Positions 1-9,353 of a stretch of 64,000 bases of DNA are shown here, in pieces. The notes beneath the pieces were generated by a model. That model worked only from the letters and a program-made list of their open reading frames with translations. It had not been told where the DNA came from and searched no databases. Source of the DNA: Deltaproteobacteria bacterium. GTDB lineage: Bacteria; Myxococcota_A; Polyangia; Fen-1088. The stretch spans positions 224,001-288,000 of the forward strand of contig JANRKS010000002.1 in assembly GCA_033763315.1 (NCBI GenBank). Reading direction: 5' to 3'. Every line of letters starts with the position of its first letter. Within the stretch, counting starts at the first letter, position 1. Both the position numbers and the translations under genes were made by a program.

Positions 1-92
1 AGGAGGTTGGAGATGCCGCCCACGTCGGCGACCTTCTGCCAGAGTTGGTCGGCGGGGAGGTTGACGGAGGTCTCGAGGTAGATGGTTGCCAC
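1..92 (-). CDS. SRPBCC/polyketide-cyclase-like protein, 5' part (runs off the left edge)
   Basis: Hand translation from GTG at 92 gives MATIYLETSVNLPADQLWQKVADVGGISNL, a typical SRPBCC N-terminus, with an AAGGA SD upstream; not in the ORF track. Confidence 0.6.
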   Translation of the reverse strand, partial: MATIYLETSVNLPADQLWQKVADVGGISNL

Positions 93-155
93 GGGAAGGT
101 CCTTTCGAATCTGGAGCTTGGGTTTCCCGTGGCAGTCTCGCGAGCGGCGCGAGCG

Positions 156-851
156 TTACACGCCCGGCTGCCGCTGGCCCGCGATGGAGCAGGAGGCCAC
201 GGGCCAGCCGTTCCAGACCGACGCACCCACCAGCGCCACGACGCCCGCGTAGGTCAGAGTCGTGCTGTCCCAGGCGAACTTTCCGACCATGACAACAAGT
301 GCAGCGGCGAGCCCCAGCGCGAAAGGGCCGATGCCCCGGCGTGCGCGGGCCTGGAATGCGAGCGCGATCAGGGTCACGCCGAGCGCCCCAGCGGTCAGGG
401 GAAGCAGCCAGGTCACATCCATGAGGAACCCCAGGCCGAGGGCCGCGAGCAGGCCCCCGTATGCTGGCCAACACGCCGGGCAGGCCGCGTGGGGGAGGAC
501 CGCCGTGACGATGCCGGGCAGCAGCGGAATGGCGCTTCGCCAACGGCCAAACGGGGTCGAGGAGCGCGTGAGCGCTCGCAAGAGGAGCGCGACGCTGGGG
601 GCACCGGCTCCGGCCCCGTAGAGGCGGCAACACGCGGCGCTCGACGGCCGTTCGCCCGCGACGTCGCGCCCGTCGACGAGTACGGAGGGCGACCCGCGCC
701 CGCGCGTTCGCACCGGTGCCGCGGGATCGCCGATGCGATGCTCGTTCCAGGAAGCGGGCAATCTGGCGAGCGCCAGCGCACGGGCGAGGTTCTCGCGGGT
801 CGCGGAGACGTTGGGGCACGACTCGTCGTAGATCAGGTCAACGATTGGCAT
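156..851 (-). CDS. Thioredoxin-like domain fused to a MerC/MerT-like mercury transporter
   Basis: N-terminal YDESCPN...GSPSVLVDGRDV...CCRLY; C-terminal CPACWPAY...LGLGFL followed by several TM helices; overlaps the merR stop. Confidence 0.7.
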   Translation of the reverse strand: MPIVDLIYDESCPNVSATRENLARALALARLPASWNEHRIGDPAAPVRTRGRGSPSVLVDGRDVAGERPSSAACCRLYGAGAGAPSVALLLRALTRSSTPFGRWRSAIPLLPGIVTAVLPHAACPACWPAYGGLLAALGLGFLMDVTWLLPLTAGALGVTLIALAFQARARRGIGPFALGLAAALVVMVGKFAWDSTTLTYAGVVALVGASVWNGWPVASCSIAGQRQPGV

Positions 852-1269
852 CGATTGTCTTCTCCGCTATGGCATCGAGCAGTGGACAGTCCGCCGACGG
901 ACCTCGCCCTTGGCACGATTTCACGAGGGTTTCGAGCGCCCCTTTTATCTGGGCGAGCTCCGCCAGCTTGGCCTCGACCGCAGCAATCTTGGCCCGCGCG
1001 AGGGTGCGTACGTCCGCACACGTGCGACCTGGCGTGACCCGCAGCTCGAGCAGCTCGGCAATCTCACTGAGAGTGAAGCCGAGATCCTTGGCGCTGCGGA
1101 TGAAACGAACGCGCGCAACGGCGTCTTCGGGGTACAGTCGGTAGCCAGAACGGCGCCGCGGCGGAACCGCCAAGAGTCGCCGGCGCTCGTAGAAGCGGAC
1201 GGTCTCGACGCCGACCCCGGCAGCCCTCGCAAGCTCCCCGATGGTTAGTTTGATCGCGGCGCGGTCCAT
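838..1269 (-). CDS. merR: MerR-family Hg/heavy-metal-responsive regulator
   Basis: LTIGELARAAGVGVETVRFYER HTH; Cys triad TCADV...SCQGRGPSADCPLL matching the MerR Hg ligands; ATG at 1269 preferred. Confidence 0.85.
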   Translation of the reverse strand: MDRAAIKLTIGELARAAGVGVETVRFYERRRLLAVPPRRRSGYRLYPEDAVARVRFIRSAKDLGFTLSEIAELLELRVTPGRTCADVRTLARAKIAAVEAKLAELAQIKGALETLVKSCQGRGPSADCPLLDAIAEKTIDANR

Positions 1270-1276
1270 GACGGGA

Positions 1277-1308
1277 AGTCTGCACCCCGTACCACGGTAC
1301 GGTGTCAA
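1277..1308 (-). promoter_or_regulatory. MerR-type promoter/operator with long spacer
   Basis: Minus strand TTGACA (-35), dyad CCGTAC-CGTG-GTACGG (1287-1302) like the Tn21/Tn501 mer operator CCGTAC-N4-GTACGG, 20-bp spacer, CAGACT (-10). Confidence 0.8.
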
Positions 1309-1454
1309 GGGCTTTCGCGGCGAGTCGCCGGTGCACTTTGTCGCGAAGGGAACAGGTCATGGCAGGGGGGCGGTCATGAAAACGCGCGCGTCCACATCTT
1401 CGATGGAACCATTGCCGTCCCGGCTCCGTCGTTCACGGTAAGCCCTTGCTGTCC

Positions 1455-1630
1455 ATGAACCGGGACGAGTTTTCCACCCTGGCGCTGTCCTACATCGAGG
1501 ACGTCACCGCCTACGCGCGGCGGCTGTGCCGCAGCGGCTGGGACGCGGACGACCTCGTGCAGGGCGCCTTCGAGCAGGCCTTTCGCGCCTGGCGCGACCT
1601 CGCGGAGCCAGCCCGCTGCCGGGCCTGGTT
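1455..1630 (+). pseudogene. Truncated ECF sigma-70 factor (region 2 only)
   Basis: MNRDEF...VTAYARRLCRSGWDADDLVQGAFEQAFRAW...RAWL, after which similarity is lost; no region 4. Confidence 0.65.
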
Positions 1631-1826
1631 GAACGATCATCGCCAGCCGCAGCGGCACCGTTGCAGGGGTCGCGATGGCCAACACGGCAACGGCGAACAT
1701 GGCCAGCCCTAACCCAAGCGGCCGGAGCAGCGGGGCCGTGTCTGGCCCGATGCGCCCCGCGATCTTCTCTGGCGTGGCGATGAGAGACAGCGCTGCAAGG
1801 GCCGAGAAGTCGGCGTTTGTTCGCAT
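1631..1826 (-). pseudogene. Fragment of a small membrane protein
   Basis: NADFSALAALSLI...LGLGLAMFAVAVLAIA hydrophobic segment running head-on into the sigma fragment. Confidence 0.35.
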
Positions 1827-1982
1827 CTCTGCGCGCAGCCGGTACGTTCCGTTGAGATCATCGAAAAGCATGATGCGCATGGTTTGACAGACGCAGGCGG
1901 GTGGCGATTGCCTGCGAGGTAAGGGAGCTCCTCGAAGGTGAGCGCCGACCCGGGGGTGGTGCTTGCAGTAGACTTGCGTCCG

Positions 1983-2900
1983 ATGCGAATCGTCCCGTTG
2001 AGATCGCTTTCAGTGGCTGTCCTCGTCGCGGCATGTGCGAGTGATCGCGCTCGGCCACCCGCGGACGGCTCCTCACCGCTGGAGATTGCCGACGCGGGCG
2101 CGGCCGGTTCTGCGGACGGGGCGACCGAGCGCGGCCTGGCCTGTGGTGACGTCGATCTTCCCGGCGCGGGGGTATCGTTCATCGGTTTACGGGTCGACGA
2201 GATCGGGTCGCGCCGAGCGGTGGTGCGCTTCGAGACGAGCGAACCCACCACGTGCGAGGTCGAGTGGGGGCTGGCGCCTGATGCGCTCGACAGGGCGGCG
2301 TCGGACCCCGACATGGATCCAGACAATCCGTACGCTGTCGGGCACGAAGTACCGCTCGAGGACTTGCCCCCCGGCACGACCATTCACTTCAGGGCCCGCG
2401 CGACCACCCCCGGCGGGATGACCTGGTTCTCCGATGGCTGCGCCTTCCCCACGGCACCCTCGTCACCCAACGAGCCGGCCTGGGTCAACGTGGCGCCGAT
2501 GGGCATGATCGCCGGCCGCAGCTCGAACTTCGGCGGCGCGGCTGACCAAGAGACTTGGGGTGCCGCGGCCGCCATCGACGGCATGATGGCGACCGAGTGG
2601 TCGAGCAACGGTGACGGCGATGGAGCGTGGTTGACGGTCGACCTCGGGCGACCCTATACGCTGGTGGGATCCGGCTTCTGCAGTCGCAAGATGACCGACG
2701 GCACCTCCATCGTCCGGTCCATCGAGCTCACGTTCGACGGTGCCGACGGGCGCGGGCCCTACCAGACGCCCAACCCCGATCACGCCTACAAGTTCGGGTT
2801 CACTCGGCCGGTGGTGGCGCGCCAGGTGCGTCTCGACGCCCTCACCACGAGCGGAGGCAACACCGGGGTCAAGGAGCTCGAGCTCTTCGTCCTACCGTGA
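1983..2900 (+). CDS. Lipoprotein with FnIII-like and discoidin (F5/8 type C)-like domains
   Basis: Lipobox VAAC; HEVPLEDLPPGTTIHFRARA (FnIII-like); AIDGMMATEWSS...WLTVDLGRP...GVKELELF (discoidin-like). Confidence 0.7.
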   Translation: MRIVPLRSLSVAVLVAACASDRARPPADGSSPLEIADAGAAGSADGATERGLACGDVDLPGAGVSFIGLRVDEIGSRRAVVRFETSEPTTCEVEWGLAPDALDRAASDPDMDPDNPYAVGHEVPLEDLPPGTTIHFRARATTPGGMTWFSDGCAFPTAPSSPNEPAWVNVAPMGMIAGRSSNFGGAADQETWGAAAAIDGMMATEWSSNGDGDGAWLTVDLGRPYTLVGSGFCSRKMTDGTSIVRSIELTFDGADGRGPYQTPNPDHAYKFGFTRPVVARQVRLDALTTSGGNTGVKELELFVLP

Positions 2901-2928
2901 CCGACGGTGTGCGCCCCGTGCAGGGACC

Positions 2929-3825
2929 TCAGAGGAGCTGGTCGACTCCCGCTTCGATGAGATTCGCCACGGCGCGCACCCGCGCGAGGCGCAAGCGACC
3001 CGGCGGCGAGACCAAGTAGACGGGGAAGTCACCGAAACCCCAGTGCGGCAATACGTGCACCAGGGCTCCCTTGGAAGCGGCCTCTTGCACCTCGCGCCGA
3101 GGCCGCAGGCCGATGCCCAGCCCGGCCTGGATTGCGGCATGCAAGGTGGCGGTGTCGTCGCTCGAGAAACGCCCCGCGACCGGCGCGACGTAGCTCTTGC
3201 CCGAGTGATGGCGCAGGCGCCACGTCGTCTCCGGCTGCGGACGCAGCACACGCAGGCATTCGTGTTTCACCAGATCGCGCGGATGGCGGGGGAGCGGGCG
3301 GCCAGACATGTACGTCGGAGACGCCGCGAGCGCCCAGTCGAGGGTGGCGAGCTTGCGGGCGACCACGGACTGCAGCCGCACCGGACCGGGCCAGACCACG
3401 AGATCGAAGCCCTCGGCGATCGGATCAGCGGGCGCGTTGCGGGCCATGACCTGGAGGGTGAGACCGGGTTCCTCCGCCATCAGCTCGGCGAAGCGCGAGA
3501 GCGTTGCGGGCGTCGAGAGCTGCGGATGGAGCGCCACGCGAACCACGCCAGTCATGCGCTCGGCGGTGGGGCGCAGTTCGTCCTCGACCTCTTCGACCTC
3601 TCGGAGGATACGCCGAGATCGCGCGAGCAATCGTTGGCCTTCGTCGGTCAACGTGAGACGGCGGGTCGTACGGAGCGCGAGGCGCGTGCCAAGTCGGCTC
3701 TCTAGCTGCGCGAGGCGGCGGCTGATGGCGTTCACGGACACCGCCAATCTTCGGGCCACCACCGACAAGCTGCCCTCCTCGGCAACGGCCACGAAGGTGC
3801 GCAGTTCGTCCAGGCTCTCGAGCAT
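2929..3825 (-). CDS. LysR-family transcriptional regulator
   Basis: LDELRTFVAVAEEGSLSVVARRL...LESRLGTRLALRTTRRLTLTDEG; divergent from the SRPBCC gene. Confidence 0.9.
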   Translation of the reverse strand: MLESLDELRTFVAVAEEGSLSVVARRLAVSVNAISRRLAQLESRLGTRLALRTTRRLTLTDEGQRLLARSRRILREVEEVEDELRPTAERMTGVVRVALHPQLSTPATLSRFAELMAEEPGLTLQVMARNAPADPIAEGFDLVVWPGPVRLQSVVARKLATLDWALAASPTYMSGRPLPRHPRDLVKHECLRVLRPQPETTWRLRHHSGKSYVAPVAGRFSSDDTATLHAAIQAGLGIGLRPRREVQEAASKGALVHVLPHWGFGDFPVYLVSPPGRLRLARVRAVANLIEAGVDQLL

Positions 3826-3930
3826 CGTGAGTCTCCAATTATAACCCAACGAGTGACAATGTTTGTCAGACAATCACCCTAGAAGCCCGTGTCCCGATCC
3901 GGCACCTTGTGATGCGAAGGAGGTGCCGAC

Positions 3931-4377
3931 ATGGGCACGGAAGCGAGCACGAACAAGACGTTGCGATTCAGCCAGGTCATCGACGCGCCGGTCGAGAGAG
4001 CCTGGGAGGTGGTGGCCGCGGTCTCAGGCGTGGACAAGTGGATCCCGTTTATAACGAGTTGCCGGGTGGAAGGTCAGGGCGCGGGGGCGCGGCGCTACTG
4101 CGAGACGGCGGACGGGAACGCGCTGACCGAGCGCGTGCTGGCCATCGTGCCGGAGACGCGCACGTTCTGGTATGCGATCGAGGCGGGTTTGCCGGTCTCG
4201 CGGTACGAGGGCCTCATGCAGTTCGTGCCCGACGGCGAGCTTCGATGCCGAATGGTGTGGACGGTGACGTTTGCGGGGGCGGAGGCGGCCAGCGCCGGGG
4301 TGGCCTCGATGTTGGAGCAGGCAGCGCCGGCGGTGTTCATCGGCCTCGCGGCGCATCTGGGCCACGCACGAGCGTAA
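3931..4377 (+). CDS. SRPBCC (MxaD-like) protein
   Basis: IDAPVERAWEVV...WIPFITSCRVEGQGAGARR...; AGGAGG SD. Confidence 0.8.
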   Translation: MGTEASTNKTLRFSQVIDAPVERAWEVVAAVSGVDKWIPFITSCRVEGQGAGARRYCETADGNALTERVLAIVPETRTFWYAIEAGLPVSRYEGLMQFVPDGELRCRMVWTVTFAGAEAASAGVASMLEQAAPAVFIGLAAHLGHARA

Positions 4378-4443
4378 AGTTGCGCGCAGCTGGCGCGCTC
4401 CAGAGGCGACGATCGTGGTCAAAGAGTCAGTCGCTGCCTCCCT

Positions 4444-5328
4444 TCAGGACAGCCAGGCTTGTCGAGCGGGGGGCGGTGCATCGACGACGGGCGTCTCAAG
4501 CCCGTCGTCGTCGAACCCCCACAACAACCCATGGGGGTTGCTGACGTAGGCGACCGCGTCGGCGCGGAACGCGACCCGCTCGCCGTCCTCGTCGTCGAAA
4601 GAGACGACGGGGCCCGCCAATGGCGCGTGCTCCAGATCGTCGAGGGCCGCGTGAAGCTGCCCTTGATAGGTTGCTGGATCGTCCGGATCCTCTGGCTCGT
4701 CCCCATCGGCGCCGAAGGTCAGGGACTCTCGATCACCCGCGAGGAGCACTTCGATGGCCTCCGCCTCCTGTTCGTCATCCTCCTCATCATCGCCGATGGG
4801 GACGTGTGCCCCCTCGAACAGCGCGTGAACGTGCGCCACCTCGGCGAGGTTGACGGCGACGGAGTGGTCGTCGCAGTGCCACAGGATGAAAGTCGGCCGG
4901 CTGTCTTCGCCATCGTCCTCGAACGCCGCCCAGAAGCGGTCGAGATCGGGCGAGGCGATGGGGAAGACGCTTTCCCCTCCGCCTCTGAATCGAATTTTCA
5001 AGAACCACGCCGCAGGGTGGATGTCGATGCCATGCTCGCCCAGTTCTCGCCGAAAGGATCTATCGTTCCAAGCCGCGTCGTTCAGCGCGCGATCGTCTGA
5101 ATACGCGCGCAAGCGGCGGAATGCCTCTGGGAAAAGATCGTCGGGCGCGACGTCGACGGCGCGTGCGATGGCAAGAGCCTCATCGCAACGGGTCAGCGCG
5201 CCTCGCTCGATTCGTCGAATGGTGGCGCTGGGAAGGCCGGCCGCTTCCGCGAGTTGCTCCCTCGTGATCTGTCGTTGTGCACGCGCCCTTCGAATCCGAT
5301 CTCCGGGTCGGTCGAGTGTCTCGCCCAT
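4444..5328 (-). CDS. XRE-family HTH protein with an uncharacterised C-terminal region
   Basis: GDRIRRARAQRQITREQLAEAAGLPSATIRRIERG; GGAGA SD before ATG 5328. Confidence 0.75.
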   Translation of the reverse strand: MGETLDRPGDRIRRARAQRQITREQLAEAAGLPSATIRRIERGALTRCDEALAIARAVDVAPDDLFPEAFRRLRAYSDDRALNDAAWNDRSFRRELGEHGIDIHPAAWFLKIRFRGGGESVFPIASPDLDRFWAAFEDDGEDSRPTFILWHCDDHSVAVNLAEVAHVHALFEGAHVPIGDDEEDDEQEAEAIEVLLAGDRESLTFGADGDEPEDPDDPATYQGQLHAALDDLEHAPLAGPVVSFDDEDGERVAFRADAVAYVSNPHGLLWGFDDDGLETPVVDAPPPARQAWLS

Positions 5329-5588
5329 GATTTCTCCGCGTCTCTGGTGGCCGGCCCGGCCGGCGGCGTGTCGGTGACGTGACCATGTTGCCAAAGAAAG
5401 CCTGGGCTGTGAACTCAGACGACCCCACGATCGTGGTCCAACGCCGAACGCCGCGCGAAGCCGGACGAGCCGGCCGGCCAGAGTTTCCGAGTTGGCAGCC
5501 CCGAGCGCCTGTGCCAGACTATTCTTCGCGCGCGTGCGCATTGGTTCTTGGCTGTCGTCGGGCAACTGCTCGTACTGGGTTCTGCGCC

Positions 5589-6329
5589 TTGCTTGATCAG
5601 AGTCGCACTCGCGTACTGCTCCTAGCGGTCTCGTCGTTGGTCGGCTGCGCCAGCTCGCCGTCTGGACCAGGGCCGGTTCGCGATGTGCTCGAGATGACCA
5701 CTCACGTAGAGCGCGTCGCCGAACATCCGACGCGCGTGCGCAGAAACTTTCACATAGCCCGTGCAGTCGAGTGGAGGCACGGGACGAGGAGGGTGGGCGC
5801 CTTCAATGTCGAGGGGCACCTCGACGAGGTTTACCGCCAGCGGGATCGGTTCGTCACTGACGAGATCGTCGACGACAGCCGCAACGAGATCAGGCTTTCG
5901 ATCAACTCGCCTGGGCTGCCTGGCCTCGAGTTGGGTGGCGCGCTGGTGTACACGGTCCTCCTCTCCGGCACCCTCGAGGAGGAACTCCCCACGGCCACGC
6001 GCGTGATGGAGGCCAGCGCGAGGCTGGTGGCAACAGAGGAGTCGAATCCGGTGCACGAGGTCCGGTTGCGCGTCCACCGCATCGCGGTGAACCCTGTCGC
6101 CAGCGAGGCGAGCGAGATGCCCTCGGTCGAGTTTCACTGGCATTCACATGGAACAATCATCGCGACGCCCAAGGGGGCCGCCCCGATCTGGTTCCGCGAG
6201 AGGCCGGGACGCACACCGTCGCAGAGCTTGATCGAGGTCGATTTCCCAGACCAAACGTCCTCCGCCCATCAAACCTATCTCGTACGAGCCTTCATCATCG
6301 CCCACACCCTCTTCGGACTGCGCCCCTGA
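5589..6329 (+). CDS. Hypothetical lipoprotein (start uncertain)
   Basis: Lipobox-like SLVGC; stop overlaps the next start (TGATG). Confidence 0.5.
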   Translation: MLDQSRTRVLLLAVSSLVGCASSPSGPGPVRDVLEMTTHVERVAEHPTRVRRNFHIARAVEWRHGTRRVGAFNVEGHLDEVYRQRDRFVTDEIVDDSRNEIRLSINSPGLPGLELGGALVYTVLLSGTLEEELPTATRVMEASARLVATEESNPVHEVRLRVHRIAVNPVASEASEMPSVEFHWHSHGTIIATPKGAAPIWFRERPGRTPSQSLIEVDFPDQTSSAHQTYLVRAFIIAHTLFGLRP

Positions 6330-6871
6330 TGCGGATGCCAACCGGAGACAATCGACATGAGTCGGGGCCGGGGCGGGTGGCGCGCCGCCGCGTCGTCCTC
6401 GCGGTGATCCCGTTGCTCCTGATGCCGCTGTCCTGCGCCACCAGCCCCTGCGACCCCGTGCCTGTGAGGTTCCGGGATTACGCCCAAACGCTCTCGTTGA
6501 CCATCAATGCCACGGAGGCTCCCAACACGAGGGCGAAGAGCGCGCGGGTCGCGCTCATCGGCCCTTATGGCAGGGTGGCGGTGTCGATCGAACGCTCCCC
6601 CGTGACGCGGGGAACTCTGCTCATCGGCGAGGGGTTGTTCAGGCACGGCCTTCGCGCCGAGCTGAGCGGCACGTTGCAGATGCCAGGGGGCGAACCGCGG
6701 CCGATCAGCGGCTCCTTCGTGGTGGAGCGCATCGCCGGGGCGGACTGGCAATTTCACCCTGAGCGTCACTGGAGCGATGTCGAGTGGACTCTCTCGGTTG
6801 GCACAACGGCCGGTGATTCGGTCGTCATCGAGGGGACGCAGCGGGTGTTCACGGTGCGCGGGCTCGAGGAC
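6329..6871 (+). pseudogene. Hypothetical lipoprotein, 5' part, interrupted by IS21
   Basis: Lipobox PLSC; frame reads ...TVRGLED up to TSD GAGGAC and resumes in frame after 12712. Confidence 0.75.
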
Positions 6872-7051
6872 TGTCGCCGACGGTCTCCGTGGGTACCACT
6901 TCCGCCGGGATCACCGGTGTCCAGGGACCCACCCGTTGGCACGTAAACGGATCCCCGCCTTGCCCGGCCGCGCCGTCGAAGCGCGGGGGATCGTCACCGG
7001 CAGTTGGCGACGGGCGGGGCTACGGGTTCCTGCTCGGCCAGGCTGATGGAA

Positions 7052-7810
7052 TCAGGCTCTGTTCGGTCGGTACCCCTTTCCATCGAGGACGAAAGTCTCG
7101 GAACGTTCTGTCAGCCGCTCGGCGATCACCTGGGCGTTCAGCGAGTCAGGGAAAACCTTGGTCCAGTCCTTGAATGGTCGGTTCGTGGTGATCATGGTTG
7201 AGCGACGGTAGTCGTAGCGCTCGGCGATGACCTGGAATGCGAGTTTGGCTTGCGCCGGGTCCATCGCGAGCACGGCGAAGTCGTCGATTGCCAAGAGGTC
7301 AGCGCGAACGTAGCGGCGAAGGGCTCGTTCGAGCGAGCCGTGAATTTCAGCGCCGTGCAGGTCCGTGAGCATCCGAGGGGCTGACGTGAACACCACCTTC
7401 TTTTGTGCCTGGCAAGCGCGGTAGGCGAGCGCCCGCGCGAGGAACGTTTTGCCCGTCCCCGGAACGCCGATGAACAGTGGATTCGCTCCCCTTGTTAGAA
7501 ACGCAAGATCGTGGAGTGCCAGATAGCGAGCGCGAAGCTTCTTGCGAGCGGGATCGAAGTCGAAGTCGAAGGCATCCACCGTGTTGATCTCCGGGAATCG
7601 TGCATCCTTGATGCGTCGGTCGACGGAGCTCCGGATGCGGCTGTGCTTCTCGGCATCGCAAAGCCGACCGACGACTGCGCCGACGGTAAGGTTCTCGGTG
7701 GCGGCGCGGTGTAGGACATCTTTCAAGGCAGATGCCATCCCTGGCAGGCGAAGCCAGCGAAGCTTCTCGGCAAGAACCTCGACACTGCTTTCGTCATCCT
7801 TGTTCTTCAC
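7052..7810 (-). CDS. istB: IS21 helper AAA+ ATPase IstB
   Basis: FDFDFD, Walker A GVPGTGKT, Walker B LLAIDD, ITTNRPFKDW. Confidence 0.93.
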   Translation of the reverse strand: MKNKDDESSVEVLAEKLRWLRLPGMASALKDVLHRAATENLTVGAVVGRLCDAEKHSRIRSSVDRRIKDARFPEINTVDAFDFDFDPARKKLRARYLALHDLAFLTRGANPLFIGVPGTGKTFLARALAYRACQAQKKVVFTSAPRMLTDLHGAEIHGSLERALRRYVRADLLAIDDFAVLAMDPAQAKLAFQVIAERYDYRRSTMITTNRPFKDWTKVFPDSLNAQVIAERLTERSETFVLDGKGYRPNRA

Positions 7811-9353
7811 GAACGGTCTCCTTCATGGGTGACGCCGGTGGCTCACCCGGGTCGCGCGTCATCGACGGAGCGACGAGCTGGTCATACAGGCTTAGGTCAG
7901 GCTCCCGGAGTGAGATGCTGTCGAAGGCAGGGTTTCCCAAGCTCAACGGCTCCGGCGCCGGGGTCAGACCGCGCTTATGGCGCAAGACGTACTCGACATA
8001 TTCAGCGCCGACGTGCCCGCTCCTCAAGACCTCGTCCACGGCAGAGGCCGTGGCAGGTTCGCCAAAGAGTTCCTTCAGAAAGGTGAGGCGAACGATCTCA
8101 CGTCTGATCGATCGGCTACCGGCCGCCAGTATCTTGAAATACTGCACACCCGGGGCGCCGAGCCCGACGAGAGGCTGCGGTAGTTCGCCGGCCTGCGCGC
8201 GCGGTTTCTTCGCCAGCACGGCCACCCGGTGGGTCGGGTCCTCGATGTCTTTGTTCGTGTCCCAGCAACGCGGATGGGTCGCCACCATCTTCGGGCCGAG
8301 GAATACCGAGACTGCATGGTCGTTGGCGCGCACGAGAACGGTTTGGTCCACAAGGTGAGGGGGCACCGAGTAGAGGTTGCGATCGAACCGGACCCGGAAC
8401 GTCTTGCTGACCATCGCCGTTGCGATGTCGTCGGTGTTGAAGGGGACTGCGGGGACCGCGCGCAGCGCCTTGCGCTCCTCGTGCTCGAACACCAGCGCAG
8501 GCACCTTCCCGGTCACCTCGTGCACTCGGTTGTTCGCGAAAGTGTCTCGCCAGGCTGCGGCCTTGACGTTTAGGTCCATCAAGTCCGATGGCCGACACCC
8601 GGGCCAGAATCGCTCGCGCACAAAACCCACGGGGCGCTCGACGATGCCCTTCTCGTTTCCTCGGCCGACATTGCAGGCGATGGCGCCGAACTGGCGGATG
8701 CGCGCGTACTCCAGAAAACGGCCGTTGAACGCGGTAACGGTGGGCGTGTGTGAACGCACCACGGTCTTCATGTTGTCGAAGATGTCGACCTTGGTGCTTC
8801 CGCCAAAGAAGCGCAGGGCCCGATCCATGCAGCGCAGGAATGCACCCATTGCCTGGCTGAGGGTGAACTCCAGATAGATGTACCGCGAGTAGCACAGCAC
8901 CATCACGAAGGCGCTCACGCGGCGGGGACAGCCCGGCAATGCAAAGCCGAAGTCTGCCCAATCCACCTGCGCCGCCTGGGCCACCGGGAACTCGAGCGTC
9001 AAGAACGGTTCGCGCTCAGCGTGTGGTCGCAATCTGCGCAGATGCTCTCGAAGGATGGTGATTCCACCTCGATATCCCAGCGGGCGCAGCCGCTCTAGGA
9101 TCGCTGGGGCACGCAACTCTGACGCCTCACCCAGCATTTGTCGGATCGCACCTTCGTACGGGCCCAACAGCTTGGCCCTAGCCACGCGTGGCTTGTCTTG
9201 CTTGGCGGCGCGATCTCCATCAAGCACCTTGCGCACGGTTTTACGTGCCATCTTGAGCCGACGGCTGATCGCGCGGATCCCCAGGCCATCGGCATACGCG
9301 AGTCGCAGAACCTCGGCGCGGCGATGAGATGTCACATCGTCGTCAACGAGCAT
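7794..9353 (-). CDS. istA: IS21 DDE transposase IstA
   Basis: N-terminal HTH, AQVDW, IFDNMKT, NEKGIVER, VRFDRNLYSVP. Confidence 0.93.
   Translation of the reverse strand: MLVDDDVTSHRRAEVLRLAYADGLGIRAISRRLKMARKTVRKVLDGDRAAKQDKPRVARAKLLGPYEGAIRQMLGEASELRAPAILERLRPLGYRGGITILREHLRRLRPHAEREPFLTLEFPVAQAAQVDWADFGFALPGCPRRVSAFVMVLCYSRYIYLEFTLSQAMGAFLRCMDRALRFFGGSTKVDIFDNMKTVVRSHTPTVTAFNGRFLEYARIRQFGAIACNVGRGNEKGIVERPVGFVRERFWPGCRPSDLMDLNVKAAAWRDTFANNRVHEVTGKVPALVFEHEERKALRAVPAVPFNTDDIATAMVSKTFRVRFDRNLYSVPPHLVDQTVLVRANDHAVSVFLGPKMVATHPRCWDTNKDIEDPTHRVAVLAKKPRAQAGELPQPLVGLGAPGVQYFKILAAGSRSIRREIVRLTFLKELFGEPATASAVDEVLRSGHVGAEYVEYVLRHKRGLTPAPEPLSLGNPAFDSISLREPDLSLYDQLVAPSMTRDPGEPPASPMKETVREEQG

Noticed and set aside
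6872-6946. C-terminus of ORF 6329-6946 as a real protein end
   Set aside because: These codons are IS inverted-repeat sequence; the true 3' end is at 12713-12928
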